Of a stretch of DNA of 64,000 nt, positions 1-31,900 are shown in pieces (the stretch's first letter is position 1; every line of letters begins with the position of its first letter). The notes under the pieces are model-generated. The model made no database searches and was not told the DNA's origin. It worked only from the letters and a program-made list of their open reading frames with translations. The stretch is from Macrostomum hystrix. Taxonomy: Eukaryota > Animalia > Platyhelminthes. Location of the stretch: positions 5,270,001 through 5,334,000 of the forward strand of contig CATNEN010000002.1 in NCBI GenBank assembly GCA_950097015.1, given 5' to 3'. Position numbers and translations under genes: made by a program.

Positions 1-180
1 GAACCACTCCTGACACTGAACCACTGCTGACACTGAACTACTCCTGACACTGAACCACTGCTGACACATAATCAGTGCTGACACTGAGCCAGTCTTGACA
101 CTGAACCACTGCTGACACTGAACCACTGCTGACACTAAACCACTCCTGACACTGAACCACTGCTGCCACTAAACAACTGC
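1..180. repeat. 17-nt minisatellite (CTGACACTGAACCACTG), intronic
   Basis: Visible tandem units upstream of the exon at 217. Confidence 0.8.
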
Positions 181-216
181 TGACGCCGACATCGTCAACC
201 AAATCCACCATCGCAG

Positions 217-2977
217 GGGGTGCACACACCCATCCTTCACCTGTCCGGCCTAGTTGAAGGTGACTACGCATTCGAGCTGACAGTGACAGACGCCAGAGGC
301 CAGACAGACTCGGCCTCCGTGAATGTGCTGGTTAAACGAAGGCCTAAGAATGCGCTGCCGGTTGTTACCCTGTTGCCACCGGAGCTCACGGTGAGTGCTT
401 TATGCGGAGTAGCGACAATTATGTTGCGATAAAGAAATAAAAATGCATCGAAATCAACTCCCACGAACTCTCTCACCAGGTTGAGCTGCCTCTGGCCCGA
501 TTAATCTTGAACGCTACCGCTGTGGACGATACCGGTGTGAAGTCCTGGCGCTGGACCCTGCTATCCGGCCCCGGCAGTCCCCAGTTGGCCAACGTCACAA
601 CACCAAGCGTCACCCTGACTGGCCTGCAGGCCGGCGTCTACAAACTGCGCGCCGATGCAACCGATCTGGACGGAGGCATCGGCTCCGCCACCGCCACCCT
701 GACTGTGAAGCCGGGTCCCAATCAGGCGCCGAAGGCTCACGCAGGCGGCGACCAAATAATTGATTTGGACGGCACCGGAGCCGCACTCGTCGCTCTGGAC
801 GGCACCAAAAGTTGGGACGATAAGGCTATTGTGGAGTACCAGTGGACTAGGTAAAGTACTCTAGACTCTTAGACATAACGTCTGGAGTTTTAACTTAATT
901 TAATTAAAAGTGAGAGCACAAAGAAATTTAATACTGCCGAATTAGCTGCGAGACTAAAGTACACATAAAAGTACATGTCAGACTAAAGTACACAACATAA
1001 AAGTACATGTTTAAATAAGGTACACATAATATAAGTACATGCATGACTAAAGTACACATCATAAAAGTACATGTGTGACTAAAGTACACATAAAAGTGCA
1101 TTTTTGACTAAAGTACACATCATAAAAGTGCATGTGTGATTAAAGTACTTTGCATAAAAAGTATGTGTGGGCTTAAGTGCATTCTAAAAAGTACAGTTGG
1201 ACTAAAATGCAGAAAAGAACAATACATAATTTTACAAAAAGACTCTAGTAAACGTGTCCTTAATTTATAAATGGGTCTTGAGCACAAAACGGTTTTACTT
1301 TAAGCCAATTTTGCTTTAAAGCAAAAATCATCCAATTTCACTACAGGCAAGACGCATCTCTGGCAGTTGGCCAGGTGTTAAACGGCTCAGACAGTTCTGC
1401 CCGCCTGCTGCTCATCGGCCTACTGCCAGGGCGCTACAGCTTCAGCCTGACAGTCAAAGACTCCGAAGGTGCTTCGGATACGGCCAAAGTTGCCGTCCTA
1501 GTCCGGCCATGGCCGCACGCAGCCTCGGTGGCCAGCCTGGAGCTGCGGGCGGAGCCGTCGGCGCTGCGTCAGTCGGACCTGACCAACCTGATGTCGCAGA
1601 TGCAGCTGATTCTACGCGGCCCGCATCCGGGCTGCAAACTGAAGCTGCTGGGTCTGCGGCCACGTCAGGCCAGCATTGTCATGCGACTCAGTGCCAGCTT
1701 CAGCAATGGCAGCTACTTGGCTGGTCCGCGGCTCGCCTCGCTGCTGAAGCGCCGCCTGCCTGCCACCCTGCTGGACTTCCCCGTGCTGGAGCTTCACACC
1801 GAGGTCTGCCAACTCGGCTGCTCTAACCGCGGCTACTGCGACAATGCCACCAGGCAGTGCGTCTGCGCCTCATTCTGGATGGAGAATCCCTGGCGACTGA
1901 GATTTGGCGACGGCGAGTCCAACTGTGATTGGTCCGTGGTGTACGTGTCACTGAGTGTCACCCTCAGCCTGCTGGGCTTCTGTGCCACCACCTGGCTGCT
2001 CTACTGCTGCCTGCGCTATCGAAGGGCCACGGCGGCTGCGGCTGCCGCTCACCTGCGCAGCGGCGGTGGCAGCAAAATGCGCCGATTGAGAAAAGCTGCG
2101 GCTATGGTGGCCGGGAGCGGCTCAAGGGATAAGGTGCGTTTTATCCCTCACTGAGTTTCCATATCTAAACCATTTATATATCATTATGTATCAGTTGTTG
2201 TCATTTAGGATAAAAAAGGCATTTAAATTATATCTCGTATGTACATTTTTATTTCTTTTCCTTTATCCTTTTTCCTTTTTATGGGCTTTTGCACCATTTA
2301 TCAGTTTTTCAATTGTTTCTTTTACTATTTATTCCGTTTTATCCCGGTTATTTATCCCATATCGCATTCATCAAATTTGTTATGTATCCTGTTTCCTATT
2401 TATTCCATTTCTGATATATTTTATTTATCATTAATTCTATTTTTCTATTATCCCATTCTGAATTTTCCCATATCCTAATTATCCCATTTCCCAATTATCC
2501 AATTTCCCAATTATCCCATTTCCCAATTATCCCATTTCCCAATTATACCATTTCCCAATTATACCATTTCCCAATTATCCCATTTCCCAATTATCCCATT
2601 TTTCCTATTATCTCATTTCCTTATCATCCCATTTCACATTTAATGCATTTCCCAGTTATCCCATTTCTCAATTACCCTGTTCCCTATTTTCCCATCTCCT
2701 ATTTATCCCATCTCTAAATTATCACTTTTCCCAATTATCCTACACTGCATCCCTAACCACTGCTCAGGTGTACTACGCGCCGCTGAACAGTAACGGCAAC
2801 GAATCAGGGGGGCGCATGAGCTTCAGCCTGTCCTCAGACGAGGAGGACACGGTGTTCAGCAGGCGCGTTGCCTCAGATCCCAGTTTGGGAGGCGGCGCAG
2901 CCAAGGCGGATCACAATAGCAACAGAATCCCCATGTCCAATCTGCTTAGCAACGGCAGCGCGAATGCGGATAAATAG
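217..2977 (+). CDS. KIAA0319L: KIAA0319/KIAA0319L-like type I membrane protein, 3' part (PKD domains, Cys-rich juxtamembrane region, TM, cytoplasmic tail); 5' end lies upstream of the window
   Basis: Exons 217-390, 480-850, 1347-2133, 2768-2977 with AG/GT boundaries and consistent phases. PKD-type motifs GDYAFELTVTD, GVYKLRADATD, GRYSFSLTVKD; CSNRGYCDNATRQCVCASFWMENPW; CDWSVVYV followed by a hydrophobic TM. Paralog assignment (KIAA0319 vs KIAA0319L) is not resolvable by eye. Confidence 0.85.
2445..2740. repeat. ~16-nt degenerate satellite (ATTATCCCATTTCCCA) in the last KIAA0319L intron
   Basis: Visible tandem units. Confidence 0.75.
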
Positions 2978-3379
2978 GTAAAAATGTAATTAACCGAATC
3001 ATTTTCTGAATTATTACCTTTTAGCAAATTGTGTTCTAGTGAAGTTGCAGTAACTAGCTAGTGTTTATTCTTTCATTCCGTGATATCAAAATATCGATTT
3101 TGCTGGGTTGCCGCTTCCTCTGCTGTGCGTGTCGCTAATTTGTGTTCATTTTCAAACAAGCATGTCCTTCAACTTATTGCGCCATTTGAAATGCCATGTG
3201 CCTATCAAGCGACTATAATGATCTATACTACTTGTGACTGAACAGTAGTATGTAAAATGCTGACAGCGCTGCCTCCGCGTGTACAGCGATGTTTTATTCC
3301 ACTTAACAGAAATTCACTTTCTGTTTTAAATAAAATAGTTGCTCTTGCTCTTTCATTTTCTTCACAATGCTGTTTAGGA

Positions 3380-4400
3380 TCCTCAAATTGTGGGAAAAGG
3401 TTTCCGGATCTTTCAATTGGGTAAGGTTTCCCAAATGTTTAAATTTGGGAAAACATTCCCAGATCCTCAAATTGTGGGAAAATATTTCCGGATCTTTAAA
3501 TTGGGTAAGGTTTCCCAAATGTTTAAATTGTGGGCAAAGATTCCCGAATCCTCAAATTGTGGGATACGGTTCCCAGATCCTCAAATTGTGAGATTAGGTT
3601 CCCAGATCCTCAAATTGTGGGATTAGGTTCCCAGATCTTCAAATTGTGGGATTAGGTTCCCAGATCCTCAAATTGTGGGCAAAGATTCCCGAATCCTCAA
3701 ATTGTGGGATTAGGTTCCCAGATCCTCAAATTGTGGGATTAGGTTCCCAGATCTTCAAATTGTGGGATTAGGTTCCCAGATCCTCAAATTGTGGGCAAAG
3801 ATTCCCGAATCCTCAAATTGTGGGATTAGGTTCCCAGATCTTCAAATTGTGGGATTAGGTTCCCAGATCCTCAAATTGTGGGCAAAGATTCCCGAATCCT
3901 CAAATTGTGGGATTAGGTTCCCAGATCCTCAAATTGTGAGATTAGGTTCCCAGATCTTCAAATTGTGGGATTAGGTTCCCAGATCCTCAAATTGTGGGAT
4001 TAGGTTCCCAGATCTTCAAATTGTGGGATTAGGTTCCCAGATCCTCAAATTGTGGGATTAGGTTCCCAGATCCTCAAATTGTGGGATTAGGTTCCCAGAT
4101 CTTCAAATTGTGGGATTAGGTTCCCAGATCTTCAAATTGTGGGATTAGGTTCCCAGATCTTCAAATTGTGGGATTAGGTTCCCAGATCCTCAAATTGTGG
4201 GCAAAGATTCCCGAATCCTCAAATTGTGGGATTAGGTTCCCAGATCCTCAAATTGTGGGATTAGGTTCCCAGATCCTCAAATTGTGGGATTAGGTTCCCA
4301 GATCCTCAAATTGTGGGATTAGGTTCCCAGATCCTCAAATTGTGGGCAAAGATTCCCGAATCCTCAAATTGTGGGATTAGGTTCCCAGATCCTCAAATTG
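3380..4400. repeat. 29-nt minisatellite (CCCAGATCCTCAAATTGTGGGATTAGGTT) with interspersed variant units
   Basis: Visible tandem units; variant GGGCAAAGATTCCCGAATCC recurs. Confidence 0.9.
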
Positions 4401-5186
4401 TGGGCAAATCCTTCGGTACTCAAATTTGGAGGGGGGAATATCCCAGTTACTCAAATTGTCGGCAAGACTCAAACTGCAGTAGATAATCTCCCAGATCCTC
4501 ACATTTGGGGAAGTGGGAAATGTTTTCGGAAACCTTCAGCTTGTTTAAGTAAGTCTCCCAGATTCCAAGTGTGGGAGTTGAATACACAGCCCATCTCTCC
4601 ATAAATATTCAAACACTTTTGGTTAAAAATTCGTTTTTATCAGAAAATGTCAGCTACGTAAAATTGTGCTTTGATTCCTATCATTTTCTGTCAGCCTTTG
4701 AAATTTCAAACATCAAAATATATTCAGTCTTCCGATACTGTCTACATAAATGTCACCTGTTAGTTTTTCCTCATAAATATATTGCTCAGTTCTTATAAAT
4801 GATTCGGTTTAATATGATACGATTTGCTAATTACTTTTTTATCGTCCTTATATTCCTTTAAACTAAAAGTGTGAAAAGAAAGTGTTTTCCTCTGATTTGC
4901 TAGGCTTTGGGGTTTTTTGTAACTTTTTATTTGCTTTTAGAATACTTCAAAAAATAAAATCTGTAATTATAGGCTACGAATTATATTTTTAGTGCACTCT
5001 AAAAAAAACTACTTTCATTTTTATCTATTGTGATATCACTTTCACATCTGCTTCTGACAATTAACGTGTTCTTGTTTGTTTCATCAATCGATTTTGCTTT
5101 CAATTTTTGTTTACTTAAACGTGCCAATAAGATCATAGATCTCAGTTAAACTTGCATCACAAAGAAAAAATGTCAGAGATTGTAGG

Positions 5187-5700
5187 CCCTGACGCACAGG
5201 TAGATAGATTGATAATAGCCACTGACGCACAGGTAGATAGATTGATAATAGCCACTGACGCACAGGTAGATAGATTGATAATAGCCACTGACGCACAGGT
5301 AGATAGATTGATAATAGCCACTGACGCACAGGTAGATAGATTGATAATAGCCACTGACGCACAGGTAGATAGATTGATAATGGCCACTGACGCACAGGTA
5401 GATAGATTGATAATAGCCACTGACGCACAGGTAGATAGATTGATAATAGCCACTGACGCACAGGTAGATAGATTGATAATGGCCACTGACGCACAGGTAG
5501 ATAGATTGATAATGGCCACTGACGCACAGGTAGATAGATTGATAATGGCCACTGACGCACAGGTAGATAGATTGATAACAGCAACTGACGCACAGGTAGA
5601 TAGATTGATAACAGCAACTGACGCACAGGTAGATAGATTGATAATAGCCACTGACGCACAGGTAGATAGATTGATAATAGCCACTGACGCACAGGTAGAT
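5187..5700. repeat. 33-nt minisatellite (GCCACTGACGCACAGGTAGATAGATTGATAATA)
   Basis: About 15 near-identical tandem units; explains ORFs 5111-5747. Confidence 0.9.
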
Positions 5701-6359
5701 CTAGAGATAGATTGATATGGTATGCGGCACATCTCCATGACAGCCAAGGCCTGTACTCATTATGTACTCAAATGAGTTTTGTCTATCAAAGTTCGGTATT
5801 TTTACTGCAGTAAGTTTATTTGCTTTTTGTTTAATTGGTATATTAAGCATCAAATCCTTCGCTTCATGCCAAATGAAAAACGAAATTCAAAAAATTTTAT
5901 TCATATTTAATTTTTCTTATTGGAGAAATTCCTTATACAATGTGCTTAGGCAGTCATCATATAATTGCTTAATTGTTTAATTTACACTCATATTAGCGCA
6001 CTAATAATTGGCCTTAATTTGTAACTAACATTGTATATGACCTATATATATATTTATATTATTTATTCATCTTGTGTTCTAGAAAATTGTGACATGCCTA
6101 AAAGAAATTTGAAGCATTGCATAATTGTCTTTGCAATTGAATTGCATCTATGCTTGATGAAACATACTTTTTTGCTTTTTCTTTTAGTTCTTTTAATTAT
6201 TTAGCGGGTTTAAATAGACTTTCTAAATTGGTTTTTCATAGACAAAAATAGACAATAAGCCATGCGTGTTACTTGCAGTAGACAAGGCAGATTGTACCGA
6301 TTTGAAAGCTTATGTTTATATGCTTTTTATAGAGAATATGCTTCATTTGATAAAAAACG

Positions 6360-7510
6360 GGATAGACAATGGTAGATGAGTAGAGGAGCTAGGAGATTGG
6401 TAGACAATGGTGGGAAATGAGCTGACAATGGTAGAAGATGGGTTGACAATGGTAGCAGATGGTTGGACTAGGGTAGTAGATGGGTGGACAAGGGTAGTAG
6501 ATAGATTTTAAATGGTAGGAGATAAGTAGACAATGGTAGGAGATAAGTGGACAATGGTAGGAGATGGTTAGACAATGGTAGGAGATGGTTAGACAATGGT
6601 AGAAGATGGTTGGACTAGGGTAGTAGATGGATTTAAAATGGTAGGAGATAAGTAGACAATGGTAGTAGATGGATTTAAAATGGTAGGAGATAAGTAGACA
6701 ATGGTAGTAGATGGATTTAAAATGGTAGGAGATAAGTAGACAATGGTAGGAGATTGGTAGACAATGGTAGGAGATTGGTAGACAATGGTAGGAGATGGGG
6801 GACAATGGTAGGAGATGGGTGGAAAATGCTAGGATATTGGTAGACAATGGTAGGAGATTGGTAGACAATGGTAGGAGATTGGTAGACAATGGTAGGAGAT
6901 AAGTGGACAATGGTAGGAGATAAGTAGACAATGGTAGGAGATAAGTAGACAATGGTAGGAGATTGGTAGACAATGGTAGGAGATTGGTAGACAATGGTAG
7001 GAGATAAGTGGACAATGATAGGAGATAAGTAGACAATGGTAGGAGATAAGTAGACAATGGTAGGAGATTGGTAGACAATGGTAGGTGATAAGTAGACAAT
7101 GGTAGGAGATGGGTGGACAATGGTAGGAGAAGAGTAGACAATGGTAGGAGATAAGTAGACAATGGTAGGAGATTGGTAGACAATGGTAGGAGATAAGTAG
7201 ACAATGGTAGGAGATAAGTAAACAATGGTAGGAAATAAGTAGACAATTGTAGGAGATAAGTGGACAATGGTAGGAGATAAGTGGACAATGGTAGGAGATA
7301 AGTGGACAATGGTAGGATATAAGTAGACAATGGTAGGAGATAAGTGGACAATGGTAGGAGATAAGTGGACAATGGTAGGAGATAAGTGGACAATGGTAGG
7401 AGATAAGTAGACAATGGTAGGAGATAAGTGGACAATGGTAGGAGATAAGTGGACAATGGTAGGAGATAAGTGGACAATGGTAGGAGATAAGTGGACAATG
7501 GTTAACGATG
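6360..7510. repeat. 21-nt minisatellite (GACAATGGTAGGAGATAAGTA)
   Basis: Visible tandem units. Confidence 0.9.
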
Positions 7511-7659
7511 GGGGACAATCAGACGACAGAATTTAAACAGATGCTGTCTACAGCGTGAAGTCCGAAAAATGTTTCTGCCAGTGTTGCTATGGCAACAAAA
7601 GTTCTCACATCGAGTCTGAGCCGAGGGTGTCCTTCACTGTTGCAGCTCGCGCAGGCACA

Positions 7660-26469
<18,810 letters not shown>

Positions 26470-27089
26470 TCGGTGATCATGTAAAAGTAACTGTTTTTTA
26501 CTGAAAGTTTTCCGAATTTTTTACTGTATTTATTCAATTGACGGCATTCTGGTTCGCTTACTCATTGAAAACAATGCTGTGTATAGGTGCTTGGGTTCAC
26601 CTGCTGTTTCGAAGAATGTCATCCTAACTTAACTTTAAGCCAAGTTATTGTCCTTATCAGGCTTGCTTTTTGCCACATGATGATGCACTTTTACAGCTGC
26701 TGCAAATGTGATATCGCTGCGAATGGCCATTTTAATTGAATTCGTTTTTTTGCTAGCATTATAATAAAATTGACATTTCAAGTTCAGATAGTGTTTTTTG
26801 TTGCCAAAACAATCGAGTAATATTTTCATTTTTATCAACTGTCCTCTGCCTTCGTCATTACGCGATGATTTCGTGTTATCGTAGAATACTGACTCCACTG
26901 AAATATGCTAACTTTGGCATCAAGGTCGAGAAGCACGTGACGATTTTGTGCGAATGCTGAATAGTGCCTCCACTAAGTTGTGCTATTTTTTGCATCAAGG
27001 TCAAGAAGCACGTGCCAATTGCGTGTGAACGCTGAATATTGACAGCACTGGGCAGTGCTATTTTTAGCATCAAGTTCAACCATACCCAA

Positions 27090-27225
27090 CCAGAGTCTGA
27101 ATCATGGCTAAACCAGAGTTTGAATCATGGCTAAACCAGAGTTTGAATCATGGCTAAACCAGCGTTTGAATCATGGCTAAACTAGAGTTTGAATCATGGC
27201 TAAACCAGAGTTTGAATCATGGATA
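27090..27225. repeat. 23-nt repeat (AATCATGGCTAAACCAGAGTTTG)
   Basis: About 5-6 tandem units. Confidence 0.8.
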
Positions 27226-27319
27226 ATATTCATTTAATGTTGTTCTTCTCAATTTTCTACAAAAGCAGCTAATATAAAAATTCAACTGAGGAACATTGTC
27301 AACTTAGAATCATCATCCA

Positions 27320-28055
27320 TGGGGAGTCATCATCAAATGAGGGATCATGGTCAACTGGGGGTTCATTGTCAACTGGGGATCATTGTCAAGTGGGGGATCA
27401 TTGTCAACTGGGGGATCATTGTTAACTGGGGGATCATGGTCAACTGGGGGCCCATTGTCAACTGGGGGATCATTATCAACTGGGTGATCATCATCAACTG
27501 GGGTATAATTGTCAACTGGGGGATCATTGTCAACTGGGGAATCATTGTCGACTGGGGGATCATTGTCGACTGGGGGATCATTGTCAACTGGGGGATCATT
27601 GTCAACTGGGGGATCATTGTCAACTGAGGAATCATTGTCGACTGGGGGATCATTTTCGACTGGGGGATCATTGTCAACTGGGGGATCATTGTCAACTGGG
27701 GGATCATCATCAATTGGGGGATCATTGTCAACTGGGAAGTCAACATCAAATGGGGGATCATGGTCAACTGGGGGGATCATTGTCAACTGGGGGATCATTG
27801 TCAACTGGGGGATCATGGTCAACGGGGGTGATCATTGTCAACTGGGGGAACATTGTCAACTGGGGATCATCATCAACGGGGAGTCATCGTCAAATGGGGG
27901 ATCATAGTCAACTGGGTGATCATCATCAACTGGGGGATCATCATCAACTGGGAGATCATGGTGAACTGTGGGATCATTGTAAACTGGGGGATCATCATCA
28001 ATTGGGGGATCATTGTCAACTGGGGAATCATTGTCAACTGAGGGATCATTGTAGC
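27320..28055. repeat. 18-nt G-rich minisatellite (GGGGGATCATTGTCAACT)
   Basis: Visible tandem units. Confidence 0.88.
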
Positions 28056-28927
28056 TTTAAAAAGCTGTAAATTCAGCTGCTAATAAGTATATACTAGACG
28101 AATTTAAAATATTTCTGCTCCCCGAAGGGGGGCAAAACTTGCTAGTTACGAGCTAAAATGGCCCTTAAAATCGCGCATACAACCAACGCTTTGTAGTTCA
28201 TGCAGATATTCAATGGTGTTTTAAACTAATTTTATGGCAGTGCCAGAACAACACAATCCAAGACTTAAAGCCAAAGCTTAACTCCTCAATAGCTCTGGTA
28301 GTCACTCTTGTTCAGTGACGATGCTCACTATCACCGAAGCGCTACACAATAGTCTACTCGCGTCTCCAGCTCAATCCGGAGCGCAGAAAAAACAATGGTC
28401 GTCAAGCTTCGTCAAGAAACTTCTAGAATCTGCCCCACAGCTGAGTGTACAGTCCAAATGAAAATGTTTATCCATAAGGAAAACTGTATAGAATAATCGA
28501 TTCTTTGAATTGACAAACCTAATAGACTCGGTCAGGTTTGAGGGGCTGGGAACTGGTAGCAATGAGCGATATTAAATTTGCCACCAACCCCCCTGAGCAA
28601 GGGCTATCAGCAAAAAAACATCTGCTCCATGCTCAGACCATGCTTCGACCCTGCCAACAATGAGTGGGCAGCCCAACAGTGCTTGGCGGTCCACTGTGCA
28701 GCTGATTTGGCTCATTGCTGCAGCCAGCATGAATTTGCCGGGAAGCTATTCAGCATAAAATAGCTGGATAGCCAAGCAGTCCAAACCTCGACTAAGGATT
28801 CTCTTCGACTGCTGAGTATAGAACACGATTTCCGCGGCGTTCGATACACGAGCTGAGAATCCTTGTTAGCTTTGAGCCTATTCTCAATTGCGTCGAAATT
28901 TGAACTGTTTTAATTATCACCTGGGCA

Positions 28928-31900
28928 ATGATGTTTGGCAGAGTGACCCTGTCATGCGGCCTGCTGCTGCTGCTGGCGGCCACAGGTCGAACCAGCCCCG
29001 TGGCCGATGGTGAGTGCTTGTCGAAACTATACATATGAGATAGCATATAGCATATGAGAACAGGCACATCAATTATTGACAGTGGACCACCAACCAGCAG
29101 CAACATGCAATTCCGCTATACCCACTGACTCCTGAGCGCACATGCCACAGATACTGTACGCTAGCTCACACTCACTCAGGTGTGTACATCTGCCCTGACT
29201 CTCTTATCGTCAGTCAGTGTTACACTTTCGCTTGGAGGTTGGCCCACAAATGAATGTGGCCTCGCCGCGGAATCGAGCTCAGAGTCTCAGTAGTCTCAGC
29301 AATTCAAAAAATTGTCAAGCGCTTCAGTAAAACTATAGGAGGGTGAAAACGGCCTAAAAATTATAGGTGTGATTTCTTCAATGAAATCCCATGAAATCTG
29401 ACTCTAATTTTTTGTTTAAACTGATTTCAGATGTCGAGACATCATATGTCACGGGTGAGTGAGTCTATCTAGTTTCGACTTGATCAGTAGGACTACCAAA
29501 CCATTTTGTGCCCGTTTTAATTACAAGGGAGGGATTTCCTCCCCCCAGAAAATATTTTACGCAGCGCCCGAATGCTAACTGCGTTGGGTGGTGACTGATT
29601 GGTTGACAGACTAGGCGATGGTGTCCTGTGGTTGAGCTGCGCCTAATATTTAGGCTTGAACAGTGAAATTGGAGAAATTCGCGTCAGGGTGTCCATAGTG
29701 GCCTATTTCCCCCCTGTTGTAGCCCTTGAAGGTTCAGCAGTCTGTCTAGATAAAAGTAGGTGACCACCGAAGACGGAGATGATGCAGGCACACTCGGGTG
29801 ACATGCTGATCAATTTTGAAGGCCTGGCAAGGCCGCACTGAGGCGCAGTGCAAATTTGTGCATAGGGGTGCATGAAATACACTAGCTCTTGTGGGAAATA
29901 TCTGACCTTCGGTTAGAACTGTTGAATATCTCGACGGTCAGAAGACCTGGTGATTTGATTACTGTTTCAGAAGATGCGCCACAAGAATGTGGCCCGTGTT
30001 GTTGAGTTTCGTGTGCTTGCGTTGCTACGTTCGCAAAAAAATCCGGTAGAACAGGTAGTTCTACTGTTAATACGAGCGTATTATTTTCTGTATAAAATAA
30101 ATATTCGTTGAACAATTTGTTTAGAACCGGAAGTCGTTGAGGAGAGGCCGGAAACTGTGGTGGACGAGAAGCCGGAGGTGAAAGAGGAGAATCTTCTCCT
30201 GCCGGAGGAAGAGACGGACAGCTCTGAGTCCGGCGAGGAGCTGGAAGACCCGAAGGGGACCTCGGAGGACCGTAAGTTTTGTTCGGCTCCGTTTAGTTCC
30301 GTTCTGAACTCGAAAAAGGATTTTTAACTGACAGAAACTCATTCCATGCAGTTGCCAAGCGGCTGGTCGTCGGTGGCGATGAAGGCTCCCTGCCGCCTCA
30401 GTTCAGAAGTGAGTTGATGGTGCAGTTATTCACCCAACAGTTCAAGCAACGAAAACTGACGACAGATTTGACAACACTGACTGACAACGAAAACTATTGA
30501 ACTTCCACCGCAACGCCTCCCCACAGAGATAGACTCTCTGTGCCTCATCTCTCCCGTGTCTCATCTCTCCCGTGTCTCATCTCTCATGTGCCTCATCTCT
30601 CCCGTGTCTCATCTCTCCACTGTCTCATCTCTCCCGTGTCTCATCTCTCATGTGCCTCATCTCTCCCGTGTCTCATCTCTCCCGTGTCTCATCTCTCCCG
30701 TGTCTTATCTCTCATGTGCCTCATCTCTCCCGCGTCTCATCTCTCCCATGTCTCATCTCCCCCGTGTCTCATCTCTCCCGTGTCTCATCTCTCCCGCGTC
30801 TCATCTATCCCGTGTCTCATCTCTACCGTGTCTCATCTCTCATGTGTCTCATCTCTCATGTGTCTCATCTCTACCGTGTCTCATCTCTCCCGTGTCTCAT
30901 CTCTACCGTGTCTCATCTCTCCCGTGTCTCATCTCTCCCGTGTCTCATCTCTCCCGTGTCTCATCTCTCCTGTTTCTCATCTCTCTTATATTGTAATTTT
31001 CAACGGATCAAAATTTTACTGTTTATTGTTGTTTTTGGACAATCTTTTAAATTAGATTAAACATGTAGTTAATATTTTACTAAGCAAGTAACTCGATTTT
31101 TCGTAATTTTCCAGATAAGCGCGGATATAGACGTCCCCCGATTGTTGGTGGAGATGTGCATTCACTGCCTCCAGGATACAGAAGTAATTTTTTTCTTATT
31201 TGCTCTACCAGAAACTTTGTTTGTAAGTAGCATAGAGACAATGTTCATGCGCAATTATTTTCAGAGATCTACATTAAATCGAAGACTGTCGGCGGACAGG
31301 TCAACCGCCCACTGCCCTACCGCCGTGAGTGAGATCATTTTTCCCATTTTTGCACTTTGAATGCAGCGTCAATACTACTATTAGTGGTCATTGGGTCTTC
31401 AACTAAACACAAAATAATATATTCCTAATGGTGAAGGATTTACTTAATGGTATTGATCAAGCATTAGCTGCATCCACACAGCCTTGCGAGTTAAGATCTA
31501 CGGTTGTACGAAGTCCACAATACCCGCGCTTCTGGTGGAGCTTGTAGCCTGATTCCTTTGGTTGGACACTACAGAAAAATAGTTACTCTACTCAGCAGAT
31601 CACCCTAAGGCCTCATGAAAATGCACCGATAGATGGCTTCATCGGCTGCTTCAAGGACAAGCGCTCAGACCGCGACCTGTTTAAGCTGGCGTACACTTCC
31701 AGCAGAAACACTGTTGACAAGTGCCGCAAGACCTGCGAGACACTGGGCTTCCACTACGCGGGCCTGCAGGGCGGTCGGCAATGCTTCTGCGGCAAGCGAT
31801 TCGGCACCCACGGCAGGGCCCAGTCCTGCAATCTGACCTGCTCAGGCAACAGGGCACAGAAATGCGGGGGCAGTCTGGCTAACAGTGTCTATCACAGCAG